In this document: positions 1 through 10,120 of the stretch, piece after piece
Position numbering within the stretch: position 1 is the stretch's first letter
Layout of the letters: each line of letters starts with the position of its first letter
Assembly: GCA_943789165.1 (NCBI GenBank)
Contig: CALSTB010000005.1
Span: 601,827 to 665,826, forward strand
Reading direction: 5' to 3'
DNA: 64,000 bases
DNA from: an uncultured Bacteroidia bacterium
GTDB lineage: Bacteria > Bacteroidota > Bacteroidia > NS11-12g > UBA9320
Translations under genes and position numbers: made by a program
The notes under the pieces: model-generated
The model's input: the letters and a program-made list of their open reading frames with translations, nothing else
What the model was told of the DNA's origin: nothing
The model's database searches: none

Positions 1-85
1 GAAGTTAGGTGGTTAATCGATAATCATAAAGCTTGACCGACGTAACTTTTTATGCCTAACATTGTTCTATAATAAAATAGAAAGT

Positions 86-916
86 ATGAAAACAACGTAT
101 GGTACACCCCAATTCAACAAGTTTGCAATTGCTGGAGGTGTTTTAGGTCTGATATTGCTCATCATTCTAATTAAATCTTTTGTGACAATTCAATCCGGTG
201 AAGCCGGTGTCTTGTATGAAAGATTCAACAATGGTGTAAATACGGAGGAGATGCTGGATGAAGGATTCCACATTGTAGCTCCTTGGAACAAAGTATTTGT
301 ATATGAAGTGAGACAACAAGAGGCATTTGAGAAAATGGCCGTATTGTCTTCAAACGGCTTGGAAATAGCACTAGATATCTCTTTGTGGTTCAAACCGTCT
401 GCTTCTGAGCTAGGACTCTTGCACAAAACTAAAGGCGAGAACTACTTGGATAGAATTGTTAAACCAGCGGCGAGGTCGGCAACTCGAAGTGTTGTAGGAC
501 GGTATACTCCTGAACAAATCTATTCCTCCAAAAGAGACGTTATTCAAGAAGAAATTTTTGAAGAGACTAAAAAGATCTTAGACAAGCAATACGTTCAATT
601 AAATGAGGTGTTGGTCCGTGATGTGACCTTACCAACGACGATTAAAGAAGCGATTGAACGCAAACTGCGTCAAGAACAAGAGTCGTTAGAGTATGAGTTT
701 AGGTTGCAAAAAGCGTCTAAAGAAGCGGCAAAGCAAAAAATTGAAGCGGAAGGTAAGGCAGCAGCAAATAGAATATTGAATGCATCCTTAACAGATAAGA
801 TTTTACAGGAGAAAGGCATTCAAGCTACTATAGAATTAGCGAAATCGCCGAATGCAAAAACAGTCATTATGGGCAACGGTAAAAACGGTTTACCCATTAT
901 ACTGAATCAACAATAG
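86..916 (+). CDS. SPFH/band-7 (prohibitin/HflC-like) membrane protein
   Basis: ORF 62..916. N-terminal TM helix (FAIAGGVLGLILLIILI), an SPFH-like core, then a charged coiled-coil tail (LRQEQESLEYEFRLQKASKEAAKQKIEAEGKAAANRI). Position 62 is TTG; the first ATG is at 86. Confidence 0.8.
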   Translation: MKTTYGTPQFNKFAIAGGVLGLILLIILIKSFVTIQSGEAGVLYERFNNGVNTEEMLDEGFHIVAPWNKVFVYEVRQQEAFEKMAVLSSNGLEIALDISLWFKPSASELGLLHKTKGENYLDRIVKPAARSATRSVVGRYTPEQIYSSKRDVIQEEIFEETKKILDKQYVQLNEVLVRDVTLPTTIKEAIERKLRQEQESLEYEFRLQKASKEAAKQKIEAEGKAAANRILNASLTDKILQEKGIQATIELAKSPNAKTVIMGNGKNGLPIILNQQ

Positions 917-1548
917 ATTGATTCTGACTCAATAACGTGAAAACCTGGCTCAGGTTGTTGGATTCTATCCACCATGCCTTGAGCCACTTTTTTCGTGGAA
1001 ATACTTGCAAATCGTTTCAATCGTCCACGTAGCAACGGATTTAATATCCTGAACACGATGATGGCCACTCGTTCTCCACTTCGTTTTTCAGTTCTTTCAC
1101 TGTCAAGCAACGCTGGTCGGTAAACATACGTCGAATCGAATGCCAATTTTTTAATGGCTTCTTCCATATGGCCTTTCACTCTGTTATAAAAAACAAATGA
1201 CGTTTTATTTGCTCCACTAGCGGACACTACGTGAAACTGTTTTGCTCCATTCTTTTTGACCATCTGAGCAAATTCTGCAACATAATCTAAATCTACTTTT
1301 TCAAAAGCTTGTTGACTCCCCGCTTTTTTGATAGTCGTACCCAAACAACAAAAAGCAACGTCTGTGTCGGGAATCGAAAGGGATGGTAATTGAGCAAAGT
1401 CTATGACTTGATACGTTACTTTTGGTAGCGAATGCTCAATGTCACTGCGCACTATGGCAGTGACTTTAGAGATCTTTTCATGTGATGACAAAAGAGGAAT
1501 TAACTGTTTTCCAATCTCACCCGTTGCGCCTATAACTACTGCATGCAT
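907..1548 (-). CDS. NAD(P)H-binding oxidoreductase (atypical SDR, HTATIP2-like)
   Basis: N-terminal Rossmann motif MHAVVIGATGEIGKQL; about 210 aa, typical of this family. Confidence 0.7.
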   Translation of the reverse strand: MHAVVIGATGEIGKQLIPLLSSHEKISKVTAIVRSDIEHSLPKVTYQVIDFAQLPSLSIPDTDVAFCCLGTTIKKAGSQQAFEKVDLDYVAEFAQMVKKNGAKQFHVVSASGANKTSFVFYNRVKGHMEEAIKKLAFDSTYVYRPALLDSERTEKRSGERVAIIVFRILNPLLRGRLKRFASISTKKVAQGMVDRIQQPEPGFHVIESESIYC

Positions 1549-1570
1549 TAAACGAAAATATCATTTCATT

Positions 1571-2866
1571 ATGGCATTGGCATCATTTTTTCCGTACTTG
1601 CAGTACAGGTTTAGTAGGCCTCTTATCCATCAAATAACTGACAAAGTGAAACAAGTGTATCTAAAAGCAATGTTGCTTTTCTTCTTGATTAGCACGGCAT
1701 TCCAGGCATTTCCTCAGTCCATATCTTCTGTTAAAATATCTGTTTTAAAAAACGAGTTGGTAATACTGGCAGGTAGAACGGATCGGTTGGCGGATTCCAT
1801 TAGGGTAGAAAACCTAAACCAAATTGCTTTATACCAAAGTACAACAAGTTTGGATTCAGCGCTTCTCACTTTGAACAAGGCTGAAGCCATATCCGTTAAA
1901 GCAGGAATGACTGACTTAACGGCTGTTACGTCATACAATCGTGGTCAAGTGTTCGAACAACACGGTGATTTTGGAAAAGCAGAGCACGCGTATCTACGCT
2001 GGTTTAATATGAGGAAAAAGCAGGATACGAGGAAGTATCGCTGGGCAATGACTGGCATGCGTGAGTTTTATTCAAGGCATTTGCAGTTCGATAAATTGGA
2101 AGTCATCGACAACGAATGGGTAACCTTACTTGACGGGCAATTAGCGGCTGGAGAGGAAGTCTTGTACACCTATGAGGCATCGATGTTGGCTGTGGTGGAT
2201 AATCTCGTTAACCTTGGAGAGTACTACAAAGCGGAGTCCTATTTTCTTCATTTACTCGACAATGATCCGGGCTCAGTATACTGGCTTCAAGGGTCCATGT
2301 TTTATTTCAGAATAGAAGACAAATTTTTGGATATTGGGGACGTAGAAACATTGAGAGATTGGTATACAAGGTGGTTTACGGCACTGAACAAATACAATTC
2401 TGATGTGATGGATGCGATAAAAACCATGAACATTGTTTCAGGCCACCTCAAATACGAACCTCAATTGGCCAGTCAACTAATTGGAACTTTATTTGACCTG
2501 ACCGTTTCGTCTGAAGATCAGTTGTTTGTGCAGAGTTTTACGGATTACTGGATTCCATTATTGGATAAAGTAGCCTTAAGAGAAAAAGAAGAGAAAAAAG
2601 GTGATCCTGTAACGAATCGGTTTATTCAGTATGGTGTTATCTTGAACACCCATATGGCCTATAAGTCGACCGTCATCAATAACAAGCTATTAGAAAACCT
2701 GTATCTAAAATCAGCAAAGGATATTGCAGATTGTTTTCATTCTTTAGACGGTATAAACGTTGAAGAGTTTATCTCTTACCTGACAAACATTGGTGAAACA
2801 ACCGAAGACAAAAAGATTAAGAAAACGATGAAGAAAATGGTGAAGCAGTTAAAAGCGATGTCATAG
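1571..2866 (+). CDS. hypothetical secreted protein with TPR-like segments
   Basis: ORF 1439..2866. The upstream part overlaps the opposite-strand gene, so an ATG at 1571 or the later signal-like MLLFFLISTAFQAFPQ is more plausible. I recognise no family. Confidence 0.45.
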   Translation: MALASFFPYLQYRFSRPLIHQITDKVKQVYLKAMLLFFLISTAFQAFPQSISSVKISVLKNELVILAGRTDRLADSIRVENLNQIALYQSTTSLDSALLTLNKAEAISVKAGMTDLTAVTSYNRGQVFEQHGDFGKAEHAYLRWFNMRKKQDTRKYRWAMTGMREFYSRHLQFDKLEVIDNEWVTLLDGQLAAGEEVLYTYEASMLAVVDNLVNLGEYYKAESYFLHLLDNDPGSVYWLQGSMFYFRIEDKFLDIGDVETLRDWYTRWFTALNKYNSDVMDAIKTMNIVSGHLKYEPQLASQLIGTLFDLTVSSEDQLFVQSFTDYWIPLLDKVALREKEEKKGDPVTNRFIQYGVILNTHMAYKSTVINNKLLENLYLKSAKDIADCFHSLDGINVEEFISYLTNIGETTEDKKIKKTMKKMVKQLKAMS

Positions 2867-2891
2867 CTATCTGAGCCAAACAAAGTCTTGC

Positions 2892-3482
2892 CTAGTTAAA
2901 TTCTCCTAAATCAAACTGATCAACTTCTTTCACATCACCCGACTTTAAATCATCAATGGTCGTATGACCAATTCGGTAACGAATTAACCGTAATGTTGGA
3001 AGTCCAACAGCAGCCGTCATCTTCCGGACTTGTCTGTATTTACCTTCTTTAATGGTGATTGACACCCAACTGGTTGGTCCATGCTTGTCGTCTCTCACAC
3101 GTCGAGAACGTTCTGGATATCCCGGGTCGTCGAGTAACCGCGCTTCGCAAGGCAGTGTCAAATACTTTTCGCCGTTGATGCCTATCTCCACACCTTGTTT
3201 CATCAAGTCTATGGCTTCTTGGGTGGCAATACCGTCAACCTGGACATGGTATTCTTTTTCGATCTTCCTTCCTCGAACCAGCGCACTCACTTTGCCATTG
3301 GTTGTTAAAAACAAAAGTCCTTCCGAGTGTTCATCCAATCTCCCAATCGCCATGGTAACCGCTGGAAAATCGTACAATTCGCCCAATAGTTTCTTCTTCC
3401 TTTTGTTGTTATAAATGAACTGAGTCATATACCCATACGGCTTGTGCATCAGGAAGTGACGAAAGTTTTGATTTTCAGTCAT
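2892..3482 (-). CDS. pseudouridine synthase, RsuA/RluB/E/F family
   Basis: Catalytic-Asp motif GRLDEHSEGLLFLTTNG and the C-terminal YRQVRKM / LPTLRLIRYRIG motifs of the Rsu family. Confidence 0.85.
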   Translation of the reverse strand: MTENQNFRHFLMHKPYGYMTQFIYNNKRKKKLLGELYDFPAVTMAIGRLDEHSEGLLFLTTNGKVSALVRGRKIEKEYHVQVDGIATQEAIDLMKQGVEIGINGEKYLTLPCEARLLDDPGYPERSRRVRDDKHGPTSWVSITIKEGKYRQVRKMTAAVGLPTLRLIRYRIGHTTIDDLKSGDVKEVDQFDLGEFN

Positions 3483-3490
3483 TTATAGGG

Positions 3491-4406
3491 TCCTACTACC
3501 AGCACAAACAACATCAAAATTGGATGAGCATTGAACATGCTATGATTGTCGACCAGGTGAAGATTATACGAGAATCTCACCGTTACATGGGCACACGAAA
3601 GTTGTATGAGGTTTTACAGCCTTTTTTGATGGAGCATCAGATAAAGATAGGGAGAGATGGCCTATTTGATATGTTATCTACAAACAAGCTATTAGTACGT
3701 CGAAGAAAGCGAAAAGCTGTAACTACCAACTCATACCACAGATACCACAAATGGCCCAATATAGCTCAGTTTATAAAGCCTAGTAGAATCAACGAGCTCT
3801 GGGTAAGTGATATTACCTATTGGAAATTAGGGGAGAATTTTTGTTACATCAGCTTGATAACAGACGCATTTTCACATAAGATAGTAGGTTATCATCTAGC
3901 TAAAAACTTGAAAGTTGTACAATCCATAAAAGCTTTAAAAATGGCTTTAAATACTTTGAAACCAGAAGAAAGATTAACGTTAACTCATCACTCAGATAGA
4001 GGGATACAATATTGTTCTGATGCCTACGTCTATATGCTGCAAAACCGTGGTATACAGATTAGTATGACCGAAAATGGAGATCCAAGAGAAAACGCCATAG
4101 CTGAGCGAATCAATGGAATAATTAAGAGTGAATATCTTCTGAACATGAATCCCAAAACAATACTACAAGCCTTTGATTTATTAGACAATGCTATCAGACT
4201 TTACAATCAAGAAAGACCGCATATGAGCATTGGTATGTTAACCCCAAATAGGGTACATCAAACTATTGGAATCAAACCAGTAAAACTATGGAAGAACTAT
4301 TATGACAATACTTATAAAAAGTAAACCTATTTTAGTACTAAGAATTAACTGTAATTCTATATCAGGATTTAACTATTAACCTGTCAACTTATTTTAGGAC
4401 GATACA
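3491..4406 (+). mobile_element. 5'-truncated IS3-family element (copy of the IS at 58697..60100, opposite orientation)
   Basis: The sequence from 3491 (tcctactaccagcacaaac...) to 4406 (...ttttaggacgataca) matches the reverse complement of 59613..58697. orfA, the frameshift site and one terminal IR are missing. Confidence 0.9.
3524..4324 (+). pseudogene. truncated IS3 transposase OrfB (rve/DDE integrase core)
   Basis: The 266-aa ORF is identical to residues 33-298 of ORF 58779..59675. It lacks the OrfA fusion partner. Confidence 0.85.
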
Positions 4407-4449
4407 CCTTCAGACATTCAGACATTCAGACATTCAATAATTCAGTCCT
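4407..4449. repeat. 8-bp-period ATTC repeat (CATTCAGA x3 and derivatives)
   Basis: The sequence ccttcagacattcagacattcagacattcaataattcagtccttcaatc lies between the IS end and the stop of the SBP gene. Confidence 0.85.
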
Positions 4450-6057
4450 TCAATCATTGTTTTTCCTAGCATATTTCAACGTCGGAATATTCAAAGGATT
4501 ATTGACCAAACCAGTAATACGTTTGTTGAGCAATCGGATGCTTTGGTCGTAAAACAACACCACAACAGGCGCTTCTCTCAAAATAATTCGATCCATTTGT
4601 TCGTACAAATTGATTCTATAACTATCGTTCGTTTCGACTAAGCTTTTTTCGTAAAGCCAGTCATATTGCGGGTCGTTAAAATGCGTGTAATTCGGTCCAT
4701 TGGGTGAAAAGTTTTTGCTGTAGAAACAGGATAAGTAGTTCTCAGCATCTGGATAGTCCATGATCCAACTGGCCCGGAAGAAGGCTAGGTTCCCATTACG
4801 CTTTTGTTCTTTTATTTCAGATGCTGGTCGTACATCAATTTCGCAAACGATACCAATGTCGCCCAGTTGTTTTTGAATAAAAATACACAAGTCGAGGTAA
4901 TCGTTAGTAGTGGTGACAACGATGGGGACAGGGTTGTCTAAATAATTTGAATACTTAAGCGCTTCCTTCGCCTTTTCTGGGTCATACGCCTTTCCGTATA
5001 AATCTTGACCCATGTGACCTTTTAAACCCACTGGAATAAAACCACCAACGGCAGGTTGTCCAACACCGTTTCTTAAATGCTTGATCATCCGTTCTCGGTC
5101 AATCGCGTAACTCACCGCTCGCCGAAAATGCACGTTGTCCCAAGGGCTGGTAACCACAGCTGGATCAATTTGTATGGCTAGGTACTCCGTATTCAGAAAC
5201 GGCATCTTTTCCATTTTGATGGTCTCAGCCAACTCGGGCTGCAATTCACCGTTACCATCGAGTATAACATCTTTTACCTTGCTCGAAATGCCATTAAAGA
5301 GATCTAGTTTGCCTTTGCGAAAAAGCAATAATGCCATTTGTTTGTTAGCGACAAACGAGATATTAACGGCGTCTAAATAGGGTAGACGTTCCTTATTTTC
5401 AAATTCGAAGTATTGCGGATTTTTATGCAGCACAAGATTGACGTCTTTCTCCCACAAAAAGAATTGGAAGGGACCTGTGCCAACAGGGTTCTGAGCAAAT
5501 GCCTTTTGATAAAAATCAATTCCTTCTTTTGGAACGACGCAGCAGTACGGCATGGACAACATACTTAAGAAAGGAGCAAAAGGCCGTAAGATGGTTATCT
5601 GAAACGTTGTATCGTCAATTGCTTCAAACCCGTTAGGGGCTATGATGTCATTAAAAATCCAAGCGCCTGGTGAAGCGGTAAGTGGATCGATGATGCGGTT
5701 AAAGCTGTAAACAAAATCTGTGGATGTAACCAACCGACTTGCGTCACCAAAGCATTTTGATTTGTGAAAATACACATCGTCACGGAGGGTGAATGTGTAT
5801 ATCTTTCCTGTTGAGTCGATTTTCCACAACTTGGCAATATTAGGCTTTGGTAGCAGGTCTTGGTCGAGTTGAACCAAACCATTAAATAATTGATTTACAG
5901 CCCAAATGTTGTCTTGTGACGATGCAAAAGCAGGATCAAGTGAGGTAATACCGTTTTCTGAATTGTAACTAAATACGGTTTTAGCTTCTTGTATATTGGA
6001 CGAATTGCAGGATATTAACAGCATCCCGATGTGAATAAGTACCAATATCCTGTTCAT
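4450..6057 (-). CDS. ABC transporter substrate-binding lipoprotein, family 5 (peptide/nickel type)
   Basis: 535 aa with lipoprotein signal LLISCNSS. Length and motifs are SBP_bac_5-like (NPQYFEF, ASWIMDYPDAENYL). Confidence 0.8.
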   Translation of the reverse strand: MNRILVLIHIGMLLISCNSSNIQEAKTVFSYNSENGITSLDPAFASSQDNIWAVNQLFNGLVQLDQDLLPKPNIAKLWKIDSTGKIYTFTLRDDVYFHKSKCFGDASRLVTSTDFVYSFNRIIDPLTASPGAWIFNDIIAPNGFEAIDDTTFQITILRPFAPFLSMLSMPYCCVVPKEGIDFYQKAFAQNPVGTGPFQFFLWEKDVNLVLHKNPQYFEFENKERLPYLDAVNISFVANKQMALLLFRKGKLDLFNGISSKVKDVILDGNGELQPELAETIKMEKMPFLNTEYLAIQIDPAVVTSPWDNVHFRRAVSYAIDRERMIKHLRNGVGQPAVGGFIPVGLKGHMGQDLYGKAYDPEKAKEALKYSNYLDNPVPIVVTTTNDYLDLCIFIQKQLGDIGIVCEIDVRPASEIKEQKRNGNLAFFRASWIMDYPDAENYLSCFYSKNFSPNGPNYTHFNDPQYDWLYEKSLVETNDSYRINLYEQMDRIILREAPVVVLFYDQSIRLLNKRITGLVNNPLNIPTLKYARKNND

Positions 6058-6077
6058 TTATCCTTATGATTAAAACC

Positions 6078-6085
6078 TAGTTTTG
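6078..6085 (+). promoter_or_regulatory. candidate Bacteroidota -7 promoter box (TAGTTTTG)
   Basis: Matches TAnnTTTG, 22 nt upstream of the ATG at 6108. Confidence 0.3.
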
Positions 6086-6107
6086 AGCCTGACAAAGAAT
6101 TACAGGC

Positions 6108-6791
6108 ATGGCAAAAATATGGTATTTGGGTCACTCTTGTTTCCAACTGGAAATTGACGATGTATGCATCGTAACGGATCCGTTTATCACTGATAATCCA
6201 CTTGCCAAAAATATACAATTAACCGACGTTAAAGCAGATATCATCTTGGTGACGCATGGTCACGGAGACCATATTGGGGACTTAGTTGCCCTGGCAAATC
6301 AGACTGGTGCTTTGGTGCTCTGTAATTATGAAATTTATCTGTGGTTAGAGAAACAAGGTGTTACCAACTGTCGACCAATGAATCACGGTGGTCGGTACAG
6401 CAGTCGAGGCGTCGATTACAAAGTAGTCACAGCCGCACACAGCAGTTCTTTTCCTGACGGCAGTTACGCAGGTAACCCAGTAGGTTTTGTCATTGAAGGA
6501 CAACACGACTGTTTGTATTTCGCTGGTGATACAGGACTCACCCTAGACATGAAATTGATTGGGGAAGAATTTGATTTAACGGGAGCTTTGTTGCCAATAG
6601 GTGATAACTTTACAATGGGAGCAAAAGACGCCGCCATTGCAGCAACGTTTTGCAAAACAAAAAAAGTCGTTGGTATGCATTATGACACCTTCGATATTAT
6701 AGAAATTGATCACGAAGAAGCGCGCGATGCTTTTCGCGATAAAGGGGTAGAATTATTCCTTCCTGAAGTAGGAGAAACATTCAATTTTTAA
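6108..6791 (+). CDS. UPF0173-type metal-dependent hydrolase (metallo-beta-lactamase fold)
   Basis: [15 protein letters not shown]... plus the [10 protein letters not shown] metal-binding motif. Confidence 0.8.
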   Translation: MAKIWYLGHSCFQLEIDDVCIVTDPFITDNPLAKNIQLTDVKADIILVTHGHGDHIGDLVALANQTGALVLCNYEIYLWLEKQGVTNCRPMNHGGRYSSRGVDYKVVTAAHSSSFPDGSYAGNPVGFVIEGQHDCLYFAGDTGLTLDMKLIGEEFDLTGALLPIGDNFTMGAKDAAIAATFCKTKKVVGMHYDTFDIIEIDHEEARDAFRDKGVELFLPEVGETFNF

Positions 6792-6801
6792 TAAAAAAGA
6801 C

Positions 6802-7602
6802 ATGACAAAAACGATTTGTATTGCGAATCAAAAAGGAGGTGTTGGTAAAACGACAACGGCAATCAATCTTGCATATAGCCTAGCTATATTGGAGTACAGA
6901 GTATTATTGGTTGATGCTGATCCTCAGGCAAACTCGACTTCAGGACTTGGATTTGACCCCAAAAACATAAAAATCGGATTGTACGAAGCGTTGGTTCAGG
7001 ATATTAGTCCGGATGACATTTCGTTAAACACCGATAATTCCAATCTTGATTTGGTACCATCTAATATTGACTTGGTAGGAGCGGAGATTGAAATGATTGA
7101 CCTTCCGAATAGAGAGAAGCTGATGAAGCGTATTTTATCTCGTGTAAGTGATGCATACGATTTCGTCATCATTGATTGTTCGCCTTCATTGGGTTTAATT
7201 ACGACAAATGCATTAGCGGCATCTGATTCAATCATTATTCCAGTTCAATGCGAGTATTTCGCTTTAGAAGGTTTGGGTAAATTATTGAACACGATTAAAA
7301 TAATTCAGCGCAGTATAAACGTTAATCTAGAGATCGAAGGCTTGTTGTTAACGATGTACGACAGTCGTTTGCGATTGTCTAATCAAGTGGTTGATGAAGT
7401 GAAACTGCATTTTCAAGAAATGGTTTTTGAAACCATTATTCAACGAAATACGAAGTTAAGTGAAGCACCAAGCTTCGGTTTACCTGTGTTGGAGCATGAC
7501 GCAACTGCTCGTGGCAGTGTCAACTATTTAGACCTTGCCAGAGAGATATTACAGAAAAACGGCATGACTAAAATGGCAACAGCAGAGAAAATATTACAGT
7601 AA
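6802..7602 (+). CDS. parA: chromosome partitioning ATPase ParA/Soj
   Basis: Deviant Walker [17 protein letters not shown]. The stop overlaps the parB start. Confidence 0.95.
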   Translation: MTKTICIANQKGGVGKTTTAINLAYSLAILEYRVLLVDADPQANSTSGLGFDPKNIKIGLYEALVQDISPDDISLNTDNSNLDLVPSNIDLVGAEIEMIDLPNREKLMKRILSRVSDAYDFVIIDCSPSLGLITTNALAASDSIIIPVQCEYFALEGLGKLLNTIKIIQRSINVNLEIEGLLLTMYDSRLRLSNQVVDEVKLHFQEMVFETIIQRNTKLSEAPSFGLPVLEHDATARGSVNYLDLAREILQKNGMTKMATAEKILQ

Positions 7603-8513
7603 TGGCAAAACGAAACGCATTAGGAAAAGGATTAGGGGCGTTGTTGGACAGTTCTAATGACGACGTTACGTTGGTATCAGAAGGAGCAATTAATTCAGTT
7701 GCGACGATACCGTTATCACATATAGTCGCGAATCCATTTCAACCTCGCCACGAGTTTGAAGACGAAGCACTGAGCGAACTTGCTGAATCTATCTTGATTC
7801 ATGGTGTTATCCAACCGATTACCGTCCGAAAAGTTGGTTCGGAAAAATATGAGTTAATCAGTGGGGAACGAAGAACTAGAGCGAGCATCATTGCTGGCTT
7901 AGAGCGCATACCTGCTTATGTAAGATTAGCCAACGACCAAGAAATGCTAGAAATGGCATTGATTGAGAACATTCAACGTGAAGACTTAAATGCGATTGAA
8001 ATCTCATTGAGTTATAAGCGCCTTTTGGATGAATGTGGTTTAAGACAAGAAGAATTGGGAGATCGTGTAGGTAAAAAAAGAAGCACGGTTAACAACTACC
8101 TACGCCTATTGAAGCTTCCAGAAGGAATTCAGTCGTCTCTGCGAAGAAACGAAATATCCATGGGCCACGCTAGAGCCTTGATTACCATCGAAGATCCAAA
8201 AGTGCAAGACTATATCTGCAAACGCGCGGTGGCAGAAGGCTTGTCTGTTCGAAAAGTTGAAGAGTTGGTAAAGGAATACCAATCTACAGGTACTGTGCCT
8301 ACCGAAACATCTACCACTACAACGACTACCACAGCGTCAAACGAACCAAAAGCAAATTATCGGGAGTTTAAACCTTATAAAGACTTGTTGGTAGACAGAT
8401 TGGGTTCGGCTGTTGAATTTGCATCGGTAAAAGGAGAGAAAGGCAAAATTGTCATTCATTTTGACGACAAACCGCATCTAGCCGACATTCTAGAGAAGCT
8501 TAGACATATTTAG
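7602..8513 (+). CDS. parB: chromosome partitioning protein ParB/Spo0J
   Basis: ParB box GERRTRAS, an HTH region, and the position after parA. Confidence 0.95.
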   Translation: MAKRNALGKGLGALLDSSNDDVTLVSEGAINSVATIPLSHIVANPFQPRHEFEDEALSELAESILIHGVIQPITVRKVGSEKYELISGERRTRASIIAGLERIPAYVRLANDQEMLEMALIENIQREDLNAIEISLSYKRLLDECGLRQEELGDRVGKKRSTVNNYLRLLKLPEGIQSSLRRNEISMGHARALITIEDPKVQDYICKRAVAEGLSVRKVEELVKEYQSTGTVPTETSTTTTTTTASNEPKANYREFKPYKDLLVDRLGSAVEFASVKGEKGKIVIHFDDKPHLADILEKLRHI

Positions 8514-8563
8514 TCGATTTCTTCAAAGTGATTCGCGGTTTGGACTAATTTTGTATTTCAATC

Positions 8564-9145
8564 ATGATGCGAAACGTATTCATTCTGATAGTATTAGGCA
8601 TTGTTAGTAGCAGTTGCCAAGCACAATTCGATTTTAGATCGCAGTGTGCCATGATTCACCAATACGACGCTTTCGTTCCTTTAAAAGACTCCAACGAATT
8701 ACACAGCCCTAAAAAAGCCACCATTATGTCGGCCATTATCCCTGGATTAGGTCAGGTGTATAATGGCAAATACTGGAAGGTGGGATTGATTTATGCGGCT
8801 GGCGGAGGATTGTTGTATGGTTTAAAATTCAATACTGATAGTTTAAAAGGTTACCAGTCTTCGCTCATTGCTGAACTAGACGATGACTCAACCACTACAA
8901 ATTATTTGTATCCCTCTTTGGCAGTCGACAAGATAAGGAGCGAACGTAATTATTATCGTAAAAAGCGCGATCAGATGATTCTAGGAATGGGGTTGCTTTA
9001 CGCTTTGCAAATCATAGATGCCAATGTGGATGCGCATCTTCGCGAATTTGACGTGAATGAAGATTTGGCCTTTCAGCCAAAGCCAGGATTTATCGTTGCG
9101 AACCAAAGAGTCATGCCGTCCATGGGGTTTCGGCTGCGGTTCTGA
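8564..9145 (+). CDS. DUF5683 domain protein
   Basis: Motif SAIIPGLGQVYNGKYWKVGLIYAAGGGLLYG. Sits immediately after parB, as is typical in Bacteroidota. Confidence 0.7.
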   Translation: MMRNVFILIVLGIVSSSCQAQFDFRSQCAMIHQYDAFVPLKDSNELHSPKKATIMSAIIPGLGQVYNGKYWKVGLIYAAGGGLLYGLKFNTDSLKGYQSSLIAELDDDSTTTNYLYPSLAVDKIRSERNYYRKKRDQMILGMGLLYALQIIDANVDAHLREFDVNEDLAFQPKPGFIVANQRVMPSMGFRLRF

Positions 9146-9207
9146 TTAATTGTTTATATCCAAATGATTAGTCCTCAACTTGGTTGACTAGTATTAGTCA
9201 CAATTGC

Positions 9208-9215
9208 TAAATTTG
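9208..9215 (+). promoter_or_regulatory. candidate -7 promoter box (TAAATTTG) preceded by palindrome GACTA-GTAT-TAGTC (9186-9199)
   Basis: TAnnTTTG match 19 nt upstream of the ATG at 9234. Confidence 0.3.
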
Positions 9216-9233
9216 CCCCCTTAAAACACACGT

Positions 9234-10118
9234 ATGAAAACAGTTGGAGTTATTGGTTCTGGAACGATGGGAAACGGCATTGCCCATGTATTTGCCCAAA
9301 ATGGTTATGAGGTTAATTTGATTGACATCAAGCAAACGGCCTTAGACAAGGCGTTGGCAACCATTGCTAAAAACTTAGACCGACAAGTGTCAAAGGGTCT
9401 GATCTCAGAAGATGACAAGACGGCTAGTTTAAAACGCATTAGTACACACATAAATGTGATGACTGGTGTTGCGGACTGTGATTTAGTTGTTGAAGCTGCT
9501 ACCGAACGATTGGATCTTAAAAAGAAAATCTTCCAAGAAATGGACGATTCTGCTCCAGCACATTGCATTTTGGCCACCAATACGTCTTCGATATCCATAA
9601 CGGAATTAGCTGCGTCAACAAAGCGACCAGAAAAAGTGATAGGCATGCACTTTATGAATCCTGTTCCTGTGATGAAGTTGGTTGAAATCATCAGCGGTTA
9701 TTCTACGTCTAAAGAAGTTACTGATACCATTGAAGCATTATCCAAGAAGATAGGTAAGGTACCAGCTATGGCCAATGATTATCCTGGCTTTATCGCCAAT
9801 AGAATCTTAATGCCAATGATCAATGAAGCTATTTATACCTTATTTGAAGGTGTGGGCGGCGTGAATGAAATTGATACCGTAATGAAACTGGGAATGGCAC
9901 ACCCAATGGGTCCGTTGCAATTAGCCGATTTCATCGGATTAGACGTTTGTAAAGCAATATTAGACGTTTTATACGACGGATTTGGAAATCCAAAGTATGC
10001 GCCATGTCCATTGTTAGTGAATATGGTGAACGCCGGTAAACTTGGCATTAAAACTGGCGAAGGCTTCTATGATTGGAGTCATGGAACGAAGGAACTTGTT
10101 GTGAGTAGTTCGTTTTAA
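9234..10118 (+). CDS. hbd: 3-hydroxybutyryl-CoA / 3-hydroxyacyl-CoA dehydrogenase
   Basis: NAD motif VGVIGSGTMGNGIA and the 3HCDH signature region (HFMNPVPVMKLVEI, GFIANR). Confidence 0.9.
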   Translation: MKTVGVIGSGTMGNGIAHVFAQNGYEVNLIDIKQTALDKALATIAKNLDRQVSKGLISEDDKTASLKRISTHINVMTGVADCDLVVEAATERLDLKKKIFQEMDDSAPAHCILATNTSSISITELAASTKRPEKVIGMHFMNPVPVMKLVEIISGYSTSKEVTDTIEALSKKIGKVPAMANDYPGFIANRILMPMINEAIYTLFEGVGGVNEIDTVMKLGMAHPMGPLQLADFIGLDVCKAILDVLYDGFGNPKYAPCPLLVNMVNAGKLGIKTGEGFYDWSHGTKELVVSSSF

Positions 10119-10120
10119 GT

